DNA from: Obrimoposthia wandeli | Taxonomy: Eukaryota | Length of the DNA: 64,000 nt | Assembly (NCBI GenBank): GCA_977020255.1 | Contig: CDROCS010001054.1 | Location: 496,001-560,000, forward strand | Direction: 5' to 3' | Part shown: piece by piece, positions 46,401 through 59,960 of the stretch | Position numbering within the stretch: the first letter of the stretch is position 1 | Layout: each line of letters begins with the position of its first letter | Notes under the pieces: model-generated | The model's database searches: none | Seen by the model: only the letters and a program-made list of their open reading frames with translations | Told to the model about the DNA's origin: nothing | Position numbers and translations under genes: made by a program

Positions 46401-49400
46401 TTGGTTTACAACCTCCTATGGTGCCACTCCCTCGTCAACAAGCAGTTCGCTCTCAGGGAAGGTGCTACATGTGCCCGAGAGGTCCAGACCGCAAACAACG
46501 GAAAATGTGCTTCGAGTGTCATCAATTCATTTGTCCAATACATGGACAAACGCGTAATGTGTGCAATAATTGCATTGTTTAGCTTTATAAAATTATACCT
46601 AACTGTAACTGAATAAACTATTAGACTCTCTGTAGTAGACTTCAAGTATATTATGTTCAATTCATCATACTAATAAAGTCTCTGTAACTTTTTCTATTTT
46701 CTTAAAATACGTGTCCTTTACCAATAAAGTAATGTTTTTCTATTTCTATAATGAATGGTTCTATAATAATTAGTTTAGCTTTTATGCTTTCTAAGAAACG
46801 TTGTGTAGGTAGTAGCTAATAGAGTACTTACTACCAGAACAGAACCTATTGCTTCTTTATTTGCAATGAATTCCAATGGAATAGGTTGGGGTGCAAAATG
46901 CACCCCAAACGTCGTTTACTTAGTAAAAAAGTGAACAGCAAAGAACTGTTAAACATCGATGAAGACCCTTACAATATTCGGATGTATGTAAATTCTCGGA
47001 TCATCAAGAATAGCGGATTCAATCGAATCTAGGTGAGATTTCACCGTCATGGTACGAGCTTTTGCAGTCCTGTCAACCAACATCTTCATCGGTGGTACAG
47101 AGTTTTTCAATGTTGAAAAATTTGTCATCAAATGAACGGAATTTTTTGCCGTCAAATGTAGAAAAATACCTAATTATTTTACATAAGAAATATAAATATT
47201 TTGTTGTTGTTCTGAAAGCGATTAATTTGAAAAAAATTGAATTTTGTAAGCATAGTACTTAAATGAATAAATGATTAAAAATAAAATAATAAATGCAACT
47301 TTTAAAAAATAAATGCAACTTTTGCGATTTTTAAGCGCAACTTTAGATCGCCCTAGTAATAATGTTGAAAACTATTTCCAATTTAGAAAGTTCTAAATTA
47401 TATAAATTTTAAACATATACCTGCTTTCGGTTTTGAATCAGCTGGAAGTTGAGTTGGTACAGAGGGAAACTTTACGTCTTGTGGAGACTCCACAGTAATT
47501 AATTTTTGTTTTAATTCTTCTTCCTGGAGTAACTCTAATTCAGCGAGCAATTCGTCTTCATCAATATCATTGCCAAAACCGACAGGATTTGAAATAGCTT
47601 CTGCAATCTCTTTAGCTAATTCGTTCTGCTCTTGCATGTCGTCCATTATATCATTCACTTTATCCACGTCTCTAAACAAAATATTGTATCCATTAACAAT
47701 TAACTCATGAAAATAACAAATTCTAACATATTTTGATGTGAAACTTTTAGAGCTTGAGTAGCACTCTTCATGGCCTTTAGAACCTCTGTGTTAGTACTGG
47801 CATTCTCTAGTGCCTCTATTTGAAAATCAATAGTCGTCAATGTTCCGTCAATTTGTTGTAACTGTTTTTCTAAACGCTTTTTTCTGCCTAGTGCTTGGAG
47901 AGCCGCTACATTTGAAAATCATTTCATACAAAATATTAAATGGTTAAAATTATTATGATCTTTGATAAAAACTACATATATATTTCAAATGAATTGCATT
48001 TGAAGGTATTTTTAATTATTGCAACACATATAAACTTAAAAGGAAAAGAAAGAGTTTTTGGAATCACGCTTAAATGTATACATTTATATACAGCATTACA
48101 TTTGTAATTATTTTCATTTATGGGTAGATATAAATGTTTTTACCCGCTTTTAATAAAAAAACAATTATTTAAATATTTAAAAACATTTTTAATAGTATGT
48201 TAAATTTATTGTAAATTTATTTTAAAAGTTCGTTTATCTTATATTTACTATACCAACTTACAATAACATTTATATACATAATATATGATAAATATACTTT
48301 TCAAATAAATATAACATACACAATAAATTATATAAAATAATGTAAAAGTTTAAATAAAAAAAGTATAGAAAAACAAAAAATTTGTGTAATCTATAAATAT
48401 ATATTATAAAACTATTATGTTAAAAAAATAGAAATTAAAAAAATATATTTTTTAAAAAGCTAAAAGTTTAAATTAATATATAAAAAAATTAAAAAACGGG
48501 TAAAAGTATTATATTTGCCGAAATGGTTGGTTGTTAAGATTTTCCTGTTCACGGATTGCAGTGTATTTTTGTTTGAATATTGCTAATTCCAGAATTCGGA
48601 CATTTTGTAGTATAAATTTGTTTTAATAATGCCAATACAGCTTCACGTGAAATTCTAATATATTCTTATCCTACATGTCATTCATTTTACATAAATTTTA
48701 AATAAGACAATGTATTTATTGAATTCACAAATTAAGTTTTCATATAATTATTAAGGATTAAACATTGCGATATTTATTTCAAAACCAAAAATTACATTAA
48801 ATATAAGTGTATAATTCCTTATTTTTGTTCACTGATAAAGTAATTGTAAATTATTTCAATTAAAATTAATCCTAAAATTCTTTAATAAATATATTACTTA
48901 TTTAATTTATACATTTTTATAAATGGGCTATAAAAGATTAAAACTCATTAATGCTTATGACGTTTATTGATAGTCAACAGCAGCGTTTATTAAATTTTGA
49001 CTATTTAGTTATTTTTGCATTATGATACAATATATGTAGGAACAGTTATTAAACACTTTATTAAGTCGTACTAAACAAAAAGAAATCCATAAAAATAGCT
49101 GTTTATCACATAATCTCAAAATTAACAACTACATCCTACAAAATTTCATAAACTATTCGTTTTTTTGATTATGGTCTAAAAATGTTTCATCGAGTCTTTG
49201 ATAGTTCAAATGTCATTTAATTAGTATATTTAATTTAATCTACAAATTGCCTCTAAACAATTTCAATAATTTCTTAAATGCGTGACACTGTCATCATTGA
49301 AATTGTAAATGTGCTATAAGAAAGGTTAAAATATAATTTACAATACAAAATAGTTAACTTGCAAAAATAGTTTTGTTTCTTTAATGTTTTGAATTTTATT

Positions 49401-49638
49401 TTATTCATTAAAATTATAAAACAACAACTATGATATGATAGTTTAAAAACTTTTTTTACTTTTACGAACCTTTTTTATTTTTAATACCATGCTTTTTGGC
49501 TGTTTCTACTTCTACTTCAATTTTCTTCTCCAAAAATGATTGTTTTTTATTCATTATATCCTGGATATCCTTTAACTTTTTTAAAGCATCATCTGGCTTA
49601 TTACTATCTGTTTTCTTTTTACCAAACAATTTATTCAT
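40485..49638 (-). CDS. CHMP4: Host ESCRT-III subunit CHMP4/Snf7/Vps32, 4 exons, 216 aa, intact
   Basis: Exons 49638-49470, 47905-47728, 47671-47421 and 40537-40485 splice in frame with GT-AG. Protein: MNKLFGKK...KNKKAALQALGRKKRLEKQLQQIDGTL...DEDELLAELE...DDDLDELKNWAS*. Confidence 0.95.
44480..46948 (+). mobile_element. piggyBac transposon nested in the hAT element
   Basis: TTAA at 44476-44479 and 46949-46952; TIR CAGTTCGTCGCTGTT / AACAGCAAAGAACTG; subterminal GGGGTGCA...TGCACCCC palindromes. Confidence 0.93.
44885..46582 (+). pseudogene. piggyBac transposase with two frameshifts
   Basis: DDD motifs ITVDEQ, ITGDNYF and KAGVD. Acidic N-terminus in ORF 44885. Cys-rich domain CYMCPR...CFECHQFICPIH...CNNC lies in a shifted frame ending at 46582. 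Confidence 0.92.
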
Positions 49639-52600
49639 TTTATGAATTATAGAAATTTAAAATAAAGAACAGCGCCAGTATTTTAATTGTTGAATAATTG
49701 GAAATCTAACTAAAATTTGATAAATGTCAAGTACCAAGAGCAAAAAAAGGCATTTTAAAATGTTTAATGTAGATCCTAATGTAGGTCAAAGTTTCTAATA
49801 ATCAACAACCATATTAAAATTCTTATTATAACTAAATAAATTGCAAAACTGAATGTTGCCTATATTTTATTAAACATTATTTTCAAAAAATACATCGAAA
49901 AGTTCAGGATAGGGATAAAGAGTAAATCAAATAAATTTCAAATTTTCCTAAAGATTGAATTTAGTTTTGGTTTATTTGATAATTTTGAACTCTTAAATAA
50001 TTGAATTGTTCATTTCATAATATTATTTGAAGATATTTTGTATATGTATTAATTAAGCATACAAAATAATATACATAAAAAAAATTTAGCAAATGCGTTT
50101 CCCATAATTTTATAATTAGTAAAATATATATTTTGTTTCAATTATACAATATTGGGATAAGTTGTATGATAAAATATAATTGTTTATTTTTTATTGAATT
50201 GTATATAATCTATGTTGTCAATCAATGTTTTCATTGAATTTTCGTTGAATTTATCATTTGTTACAAAAATATAATATAACTTTAAAAGTTTGTGTATTTA
50301 ATTTTTTACAAAAATATATATTATTGATGTTTTAGAGAACGTGTTAAACATTGCTAAAGTGTACATTTTATATCTGCTCATATATATATATATATTTAAA
50401 TATTTTCCAGTGTTATTAATTTATGATACTTTTTTATTGTTTATTTACTAATTTAAATTGATAATCTTTTAAACAGTTTCAAAGCTCCGTTTACAACAAT
50501 TTTTTTTAACTTATTAATAAATATATAATTACAAGATTTAAAAATAAATGAATTAAAAGTTTACAGAATTTATCAGCCTTTGATATTATTATTTTTACAA
50601 AAATAAATTAATCATTTTCACAGGATTAGACTTATTTAAAGATTAAAATTGTAAATACAGTATAATATTTGAATTAAAACAAGTATTACATGTTTTAAAT
50701 ATCAAAAATAAATGGAATAAATTATTAAACAAATTTTTAAATGTAATTATTTTTTTAACACGTTTTAGGAATTGTTTTGGATAAATAAATAATATAATAA
50801 CTCTATATTTAACTTTTGATATAATTTAAATCAATTTTAAAAAATATCATACATAAATTTCAAATTTTAATAAGCTAAATAACTGCAAACAAATAATTTC
50901 AATTTCAAAATATAAATACATTTAAATTATTTATAGTAATATAAATTAATATAAAATTTGAGTATGTGATGTAATTAAACATAAAAAGTACTTTTTAAAT
51001 TATTTATTTTGTTATTTGCATTACATATTATTTTTGTTGTTTCTTTAAAATTAAGTAATTATCTAGTTCTGTGTTACTTTTAACATTTTTGATCATAAGA
51101 CAAAGAATTATATACAAGAATAGATATGGTATAAGATTTTCTAATATTACAAAATTTCTGTTTTCCAAATAAAACATATAAACTGTTAATCGGTTCTTTT
51201 TAATCAAGTCAACCTGTTTAACATTATTAATTTAGAGTAATGTCAAATTTGAAATGAGATTTAAAAATATAATGACAAGAATTGAAAAAAATATTTTTGA
51301 ATTCAAAGTCAAAATTTAATAAAGTATTATGAAAAAAACATTATGATTTACGCTTTTATTTCAAATTTGAACATGGAAAGTTTGACTAATTTAAACAAAC
51401 GAAAGGAAATACAATAAGAAATATTTTTTAATTCACTATCTTCACAATTCTTCAAGATCACACTTGTAGTCTCCAATATATCCAGGCGTTCTCTTCTGTC
51501 GTTTCTGAATATCTGAAGCATCCACTGCAAGCATCTTTTCATCGATCATGTCAACACTATCTGCTTGTATGTTGGTTACCATATTCTTTGATTGTTGAAT
51601 AGAAAACGTGTCTACGTATATTGTTGACTTAATGGTTCACATTCTAGAGTGTGTTTGTCACGTGTCCTACTTTCTATCTACTTGTATACGTGGGTACTGC
51701 TGACCTTTTATATACCAAACTCCGAAGACAGTACTAATTATCGAATTTTGCACTGATCTCAGCTTGATCTTCATACAAGTCTTTGTAGGGCAGGAACCTC
51801 GACTATCGATTCCACTGCATTGTTTCTGGAATTGTTTTAGGGTTCGTTCCGTGGTGATGAATAATAATATAGTAAAATACCATGTCCATCGGGCATCTTG
51901 AGCTTCTTTATGGTCAGATGATTTTTGCACATGATTCTATTCCCGCTGTGTAATAAAAACATCAGAATGTTCGTTCCACGCCCCACTTCAAACAGACTTT
52001 TGACACGAATTCCGAACGGAAACATAGTTTATTATCCATCAGTGTTTCTGTAACAGCTCATCAAGAATACGGAAATTTAAAAAAGTTCTCACAGTCCCGC
52101 TTCTTCTAGATATAAAATTGGGTCGATCCACAGTTGATCAAATAATAGTAATATAAATCATCCACTATTCAAGATCATTCAGTGTCGATATTCATTAGGT
52201 CTTCTTCCTATGTGACTGGAAAGAGGTCAATTGAGTTACACTCGATCCATTACTTCAAGGCGCGTTTTACATCATTCGTAATAATTCCGGAATGAAGCTT
52301 GACAAAGAAAGACGTTCAATCACTCTAAGATGGTGTTTTTGGTGCTACTTTAGTATATAAGCATCGTTAATAGATACAACTACAATTTAAATATGTTTTA
52401 ACACTTTTTTATGAACCCTAGCTAGCGCATCGAATCGTTTTTTTTATTAGACTTCATTTGTCACAAGTTACGATAAGATTCAAACGTAATTCATAGTGTA
52501 GTTGTTTTATTATTTTGAGTCTCTGACAAACTCAAGCCTCTGTCATAGATTTTGTTTCAATACTGCAGTAACCGAGTGTCGCTGGGGTATTATTATATTA

Positions 52601-52989
52601 CCATTTATATCTCAGTTAGACCAAATGCTATTCCAATGTTTAGATCTTTGATGAAGACACCCAATTCAGCTAAATTTATATGACCGTTATCAAACACTTT
52701 TCTTAGTCATAGTGCGTTCTCTACAATTTATTTGTCTATCTCCAGCATCAAAATATTCCACGTTTACGACTAGGAACTGTCCACAGGCCTTTCAGGAAAT
52801 CATTTGTTTTATAATTTTGGTTTATTTTTGATAGTATTGTTGTGTTTGTGGGCTCAATTTCAATATCCCAGGGATTCAAGACACAATTTCCAATTATACG
52901 TGTTGCAAATTTTGTAAAAATACCAAAAGTCAAAAATGAATATTTTATTGAATTTTTTAAAAATTTTTACGTAAAATTCTATGAAAATT

Positions 52990-55900
52990 CTTATTTATGT
53001 TTTATTAATGCTGGAAATCAATCAGATGCAGCTACTGGTGGAGTTACTGGAAGAGGTTGCTCCTATCTCATTAAGATACAAGCAGCAGACGGTGGTGCAC
53101 AAGCAGAAGTAAAGGAATGTGACTATGAAATTGCTGACCACTGTAAAGGTGCGGTTAGTAGAGCAGGATAAACTGTAATCACCGGTAGGTGACTGTCCGA
53201 TCTTGTAGAAGAGGATTGCAGTCACACGGATCGAGTTTTCGCATTCTACTAGCTAGTGTCGTCTGCATCAGACATAATTGGTCAAAACCTCTTCTCCGTC
53301 GTCATCAGGACTGCCATACATTATCCAGCAGCCATCAAGTCTAAGCCAAAACTTGATTCGAGCGTGGGATGATGCTGATTCTACTCCTCATCCAGCTGCA
53401 TCAATCAGCAAGATTTTGAAGAGGACCTGGCTAGATGCAGGCATAGACAATTTCTTGACTAAACCCCTGGAACCCACAGCTGCAACCAGTAGACGTTTAT
53501 CCTGTTTTCAACAGGTACAGGATGCAGTGGCACGGCAGCTGGGGCATGAGAAGGACTTAAAGCCGATGAAGAAGCTATCACTAAAAACTAAGAAGGTAAC
53601 GACATCTATTCCTCTACCATCAACGTTATCGGGTGGGGAATCTACTTTGGCTGAAGAACCTCTAAAAAGATCCTTCCAAAAACGACTGGGGTGGCAATTG
53701 CTGCACAGCAACAGGTTGTTTTGCAGCCAAAATGAAACCGGGTCACCCAAAGAGAAATCATCCAGTTTCTCCAGAACCTCGCCAACAAAGTCAGAAGGAT
53801 GTCGATGAGTATGATCCCAATGATTACTTTGTGAAATGTTTTCGTAAAAATATAATTTACAAAATGTAACCTATAATTTTTCTTTTCTTATTTCATTGAT
53901 TATAAGTTTTTAGTAGAAATAATATGGTAAATTACATAATGTTATATGTAATTTGCAACAAAAAATGAATACCTAAAACTTGCATTTAAGTTTAATTATT
54001 TAAGTATAATTTGAATATATTTTTGTCTTATAATAATTACATATTTTAATACATATATTTTGTAAATAGTTCCTTTGCTTGATATCATTAAATTTTATTT
54101 ATTGAATTTTAAAAGTATACTTTATTGTTGTGTATTAAAAAATAGATAAAAATATTACTTTTTTTAAAAATAATTATTTTTATAGAATATACTTGGATTA
54201 AAATTATTTCGAAATTTATATAAATAGTTTCAACAATAATTTTAATTTCCTTATTTGTAAAAATGAAATACCAAAAAAATGAAGGAGCTAATTGCGCGGA
54301 TAGGAGAAAACATCAGAAAGAATGTCAAAAAAAGAGACCTGCGCCAGAAAATTCTGACCCAGCAGCTTTATGCTGCTGTCACGACAAAATGGAATAAGTC
54401 CGTGGAATTGCAGTGTAGATGACGAATCGAAAGGAAAAGTGTCCTGCAACAACCATTAGATTAAATCCCTTCTCATAACAAAATTCTGGATATTGTTTCT
54501 ATGACATTTTTGTGGCCATTAATTTTCATGAATATTATTTAATATAAAAAATTTATTTCATTGAGACTGTAAATATTTTAAATAACATTACCAGGTATAA
54601 ACAAATTATATTGACGAGTTTCTATAAGATGGGTGACAAAATAAATTGAAATAAATTAGAAATTGAATCTTTAGATTTAATGGAAAAATATGAAAACAAA
54701 TTATTTATGCCCCAGAGATGGATGCTGATAAATTATGCAACTTACATGCAAAATATTTAGGTAGAATTTTTTATTATTATTCCTAGGATATGTGAAAAAT
54801 AATTACAAACCTTAAAGTTAAAATGAAAAAGTTAAAATATTTGTTTAGATTTTTATAATTTTATTGATTAATAATTTGACTCTTGAAAATATTTAAACAA
54901 AGCATTTATAATTTATTTTTGATATTTATACATGCATATTTTATTGAATTTTATTTTCATTTATTAAAAGGAAAAGAATTAAATGTTTTTGCTGAATTTG
55001 CATTTGTTTAATCATAATAAAATTTAATTCTAACATTGAAATGTTTTATTGTTGTTTTAGATGAAATGAATGGCAAAAAGTACAATACAAAAAGGTAATT
55101 TCCAAATCAGGATTAAACTTTTTTTATGTTTCAAGTGATTATTTATTAAAAATTCCAAATTAATATTTGCTGTCCATATCGTGATCATGGTGTACATTAT
55201 GCATATAAGACGTGTATAAGTCTATCATACTATTACCTGACATGTAAATAAACAAATATTATGATTGTAGGAATAAATAATATAAAACCCATTAATTTCA
55301 GACAATGAGATAAGAGTGTGTTTGCATTATTTTTAGAATATAAGCTCTGAATTTATTCAATTTAAGCCACAACTATTGAAATTACAATTATGATAAAATA
55401 ATTGTATTTTTTACAAATCTTATTATTTTTTTAGACATTGTAACCTGTTTCCAGCATATTATGGTGCTTTGACAAAGTTCACTGACATGATATATCTTTC
55501 GGGGAGTTCATACATTCCTTCACCTAGATCTCTTCAACTTTCACGTTCCATTGTTAACGTACAAAACAGTGATAACTTTTGCCTTCTGTATAGCGTGTTG
55601 GCCATCCTCAAAAGGATGTAATTACTGAGCATAGAAATCGTGTCAGTAAATATACCCTTTTTAAATGAATTGCAGTATCATGGAATAGATTTTCCAGTTA
55701 AATTAACTACAATATCAAGATTTGAACACTTTAATGACTTGAGTATTAATGTATTCAAATATAATATTGATATCCCAGTTAGTGTATCAGATGAAGAAAT
55801 TTGTAAAAATTTTTTTGTAGATGTATTTTATAGGAGCAAATATGAGGGGACTCCAGTCAACTTAATTTTGCTCGAACATAATAAGAAATTCCACTATGCT

Positions 55901-57857
55901 GCAATTCCCAATTTAGATCGTCTTCTAAATTTAGATAATGGAGCCTTACCGGTTAGGATAAGGTGTAAGTGGTGTCAGAGATGTTTGCATGGATTCCGAT
56001 CCGAGCTCTCTTACAGCAAACATCTGACATTATGAACACTGAATTCTGATGACAATACGCTATTAAAAATAAAATATAGTATGGAAACTGCTCGCTTTTT
56101 GAATTCATTTATTCAAAGAATTTTTATAAAAATGAAAATCAGAAATTTTAAACTGAAAATTAAATAGAAAGTAACAAAAATTATATTCATATTTTGAAAA
56201 TATATTTTATGTCAAACAAAAATGACACTTGGCTTACAGCACGGTCGTATGAGAGTAACTTGTTCATTTGCCCAACTTGTTCGGCCTAATTTTTCATTAT
56301 AACTCTTTGTCAGTAGAGTTTTAATCAAAAGTTTGTAACCACCTGAATTATAAAAAGTTATATTAAAATACAAATATGATAAATAATATTAGAATTCAGT
56401 ATATTTAGTTACATAATTAAAATAATAAATATAAGTGAAAATAAAATTCATTTTCAACAGTGATTGGCTTATTAAAAATTTTAACGCAAAAAATTCCTAT
56501 CAGTCAATATAAAAGTGAATTAAAAAAAAATCATATACTGCCTCCCAAAAGATTCCCTATCTCTATTTTTGTGTGCAACTTAACGTTTATACTAGAATGA
56601 CTCGCATTTCAAATAAATGAGATACATGTGGTCTTGCATTAATTAATTAAACATGAGAATTATTTGGCATGTCATCATTGGCAAGATGATACGTTAATAA
56701 ATTAACATATTTCTCTATTAATATTTTCATAGAACCCGATTTCAAGATCATGCTCTATATCTTTACTCCTATCAAGTAATGTTTTTTTTCTCATCATACA
56801 CTCTACCAAATGAATGCAGAAAGTGTTTGTATCTATCAATTTAGCCAATACTGTAAAAATGGTATAACACACAATATGTTAATAAAATTAGCAAACAAAA
56901 ATCGTCATTGAAATATTGTTTGCTACCAGACACACAAATCAAGACACGCTTAAATCCAGAAAATAATGAAGCAAATATATTTGAATACCTTGAAATACGT
57001 AAAATCCTTTTGAAACTATCCAAAGATTTAAAGCTCTTTATTGAAGACAAATCAAATTCCAGTTTAAGTGATGATGAGAATTCTGCTAAAATTCTAAGCA
57101 AAATTGAAGAAAATATATATTTAAAGCTCTTTATTGAAGACAAATCAAATTCCAGTTTAAGTGATGATGAGAATTCTGCTAAAATTCTAAGCAAAATTGA
57201 AGAAAATAAGACGAAATGGTGAAGTTGCACAGTGAGGTTAAATTGCAATTAGTACAACAGAAAATGTTGAGAAATATTACTCAATCAAAAGACGAGAATC
57301 ATTTTCGTTATTCATTCCCATTCCTTCATATTTAGGTGCTAAAGTATATATGGAGAATACTAGTCATTATGTTACATTCATTTAAAATATCTTACTACAA
57401 CAGCGTTGACTAAAATGATGAAGAAATTGTAGATTAGCTGTATGGTAACTTGTCACCAACAGCACGAGAAGAAATATGAATAACCCAGACACCCCACTGT
57501 CTTAATAAATTAATATGGTCAGCCAGTAATCCATCGATGACTGTGAGCCAAAAACTCTAGAAATGGCTCAAATAATTGTTATTTTTTTAAAATTCAATCG
57601 GAAGAGAGTATCAATGTGGCCATTCAGAGGCCAGTATTTTAATTATTATTTTGACCATTGAGACATCAATAGTTTAATATTTTTCCTTTTTTAATTTATT
57701 TTGACAATTTTGTTTTCAATTTTTAAAAAATATTTTCTACCTTTCTAAAATTTTAATACGCCTATATGAAATTTCCCTTCAGGCATCAGTACACAATTTA
57801 AAGGACAGATGCGTGCCTATCTTACAGAGTGGATTAGACCGGACACATCCATATACT
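52990..57857 (+). mobile_element. Polinton relic C (left boundary uncertain; 56060-57780 unrelated or unassigned)
   Basis: Homologs of gene 1 exon 4 (53000-53880), the coiled-coil gene, the exonuclease C-terminus and pPolB pieces (55436-56060) occur in the same order as in A. A terminus ...GTGGATTAGACCGGACACATCCATATACT is at 57857. Confidence 0.8.
57028..57207 (+). repeat. 93-bp tandem duplication within ORF 56908-57222
   Basis: Encodes LKLFIEDKSNSSLSDDENSAKILSKIEEN twice. Confidence 0.9.
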
Positions 57858-58170
57858 GAACGCCAGGAATATAACCTTGTATCGTAAGGAAAGTATTAAA
57901 AGACGTATGGTTCCCTTTGAAAAAATAAACATTATGAAAATATTGTATTCTGATCTGGTAGAGCTACATCTCACTATAAAGAACTTATCTAGAAAATTTT
58001 ACAACATATTCAAATTTGGTATTTTGTTCAAAATGAGAATCCTTCTTTAGTACCCGAACTACGTCCAATTGACCAATACAGGGGAATTTTTAAAAGCATT
58101 ACATGCTAATGGCAGGTATGCAACTAACAGAGATGCTCTTATTAGTTGGTTTTATCTTAAATATACTGTT
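57858..58170 (+). pseudogene. Tc1/mariner (maT/DD37D-like) transposase relic
   Basis: Fragments SDL..ATSHY, FVQNENPSLVPELRPIDQYRGIFK and NGRYATNRDAL resemble the NPPNxPxLRPIE region. Confidence 0.5.
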
Positions 58171-58369
58171 TTCTATAATACTACAATAATTTTCAATTTG
58201 TATAACATTTTAGTTGTACACATTTACTTCAAAATATTTATTATAAAATAAATTAATGAAATGGATAATTTATATCATCATATTTAGGAAAATATTCTAT
58301 ATTACATTTATCGATTGAAATACTTATATAGGTGTTTTTTAAATTGAACAAAAATATTAAATATCTTAC

Positions 58370-58575
58370 ACAGAAGCTTTTGAAAGTCTTCGTAAGATAT
58401 ACTTCTTGGAGGACCGAAATACAAATTTTTTTCATAATGTACAGATTCGATTAACCATCGAAAGTCCGGTTTGAGTAAAGCTAATATTTTAGATATGTAA
58501 AGATTTCTGTATTTTTCATTGATAGCCACAATAGATCCTCGATCCCACACACCATCGAACTTTTCTTCATTTGTA
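58370..58575 (-). CDS. TPMT: Exon of a host thiopurine S-methyltransferase-like gene (other exons not located)
   Basis: Bounded by CTACAG| and |GTAAG. Encodes TNEEKFDGVWDRGSIVAINEKYR...GPPRSISYEDFQKLL; WDRGxxVAIN and GPP are TPMT motifs. Confidence 0.75.
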
Positions 58576-59179
58576 CTGTAGGTCTCAAAAAATTAATAAA
58601 ATATCATAATGTTGGATTATTAGTCACATATCGAATAATTTTACACATTAATCAAGTACCAGCAAAATAAGCCCGGACCTAGGTCAACTGATAGAGCCGC
58701 AAATGATAAAATGAACGATAATGTACCTATAGATTAGTAACTTATAAATTACTTGTTGGCATAATTTAATAAAAAACATATATGTAAAATTAAATATAAT
58801 TTGCTGGTGTTAGTACACGCCAATTAGGATTAGAATAAAATTTCCTCCAACATTAAATTAATAATTTGGAAATATGGCGTAAAAAGATAAATAAATTAAC
58901 TAAGTAAATCCTTGAATTAGAAATAAATCACAGTCGCCATTAGAAGTCAAAATACGAAGTTCACATCACAGTCGCAATTAAAAGTAATAAGTGCTGCTAG
59001 GATTTGCACTACTATAAAAAGAGTGGACACCGACAAAACAAAGTAATTTTTAAAAAATAAAAATCTCGCGAAGACGCCGTTTCCAAAGTACAATGGAAAA
59101 AGACTGTAGGAGTGTACAACTCGATATAATTAACTCTTAAAATCCTGAATAATTCTTTTTACACAGGACAAGGCAAAAA

Positions 59180-59960
59180 GAAGCCTACTACATCGGCATA
59201 AGAATTCACCAGACACAAACAAGCCGAACATGCCCACCACTAAAATTTTGGAGAGTCAGGGCCACTTACAACCAAAACCATAAGATCAAGGTTCCTCATA
59301 GCCTTTGGTAATTTCACATCAAGGTAGTATTGAATATATTTGAATCATGAAATTACAAACTTTACAAAACCACACACAAATAAATGGTCTGGTCGAATGA
59401 TTAAACAAAACCGTATGCATGATGATAGAATAATATTGCTCATAATCCAGAAGATTGGGATAAATGCCTACCCTTACGTTTACACGCATATATGAATTCA
59501 ATTCGAGAATCAACAGGATACAAACCATTATACTTGATGTATCTCAGACAGAACAATATGACTATAGATATGGAGTGAACTCAACTAACGATCAAATATA
59601 TGGAAACTAAAGAGTACATAGTCGCTATTAAGAAGACTAGGATGCATCGAACAAATTGGGATTGAAACTGAAATTTAATCAAGAAAAAAAACATAGAACA
59701 GTACAACAAAAACGAAACACACGAATTTATGGTTGTAGACGAGATGATGATTTTCTACTTTGATGTAGAACCACACTTATTGTTAAAACTAAACATACCA
59801 TATTAATACCTGCATAAAGTAATTCAAGCAACCTCAACAAACTTGAAAGTTATAACACAGTAAGTAAGAAATTAAAAACCAATGAAAGTACATGCAAATC
59901 GATGTAAGATAGTACCAACTAAAGACAATAGATCACTACAATTTACGATCACATAAAGTG
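59180..59960 (+). pseudogene. Ty3/Gypsy integrase relic
   Basis: Fragments GPL, HTQINGLVE*LNKT, WDKCLP...NSIRESTGYKP and VHANRCK. Confidence 0.7.

Larger units (their letters stand above)
42716..47355 (+). mobile_element. hAT DNA transposon (CGGBP1/DUF659-like transposase relic) in CHMP4 intron 3
   Basis: Ends TAGGGC...GCCCTA with 8-bp TSD GTAATAAT (42708-42715, 47356-47363). Fragments LLTDAARYM...HVTCIAHLLH...PTRW, and PTSSSVVQSFSMLK after the piggyBac. Confidence 0.9.

Noticed and set aside
56200-57560. Host gene exons (e.g. GGYKLLIKTLL..., ORF 56908)
   Set aside because: Exon-like, but no consistent exon chain or protein family could be assigned.
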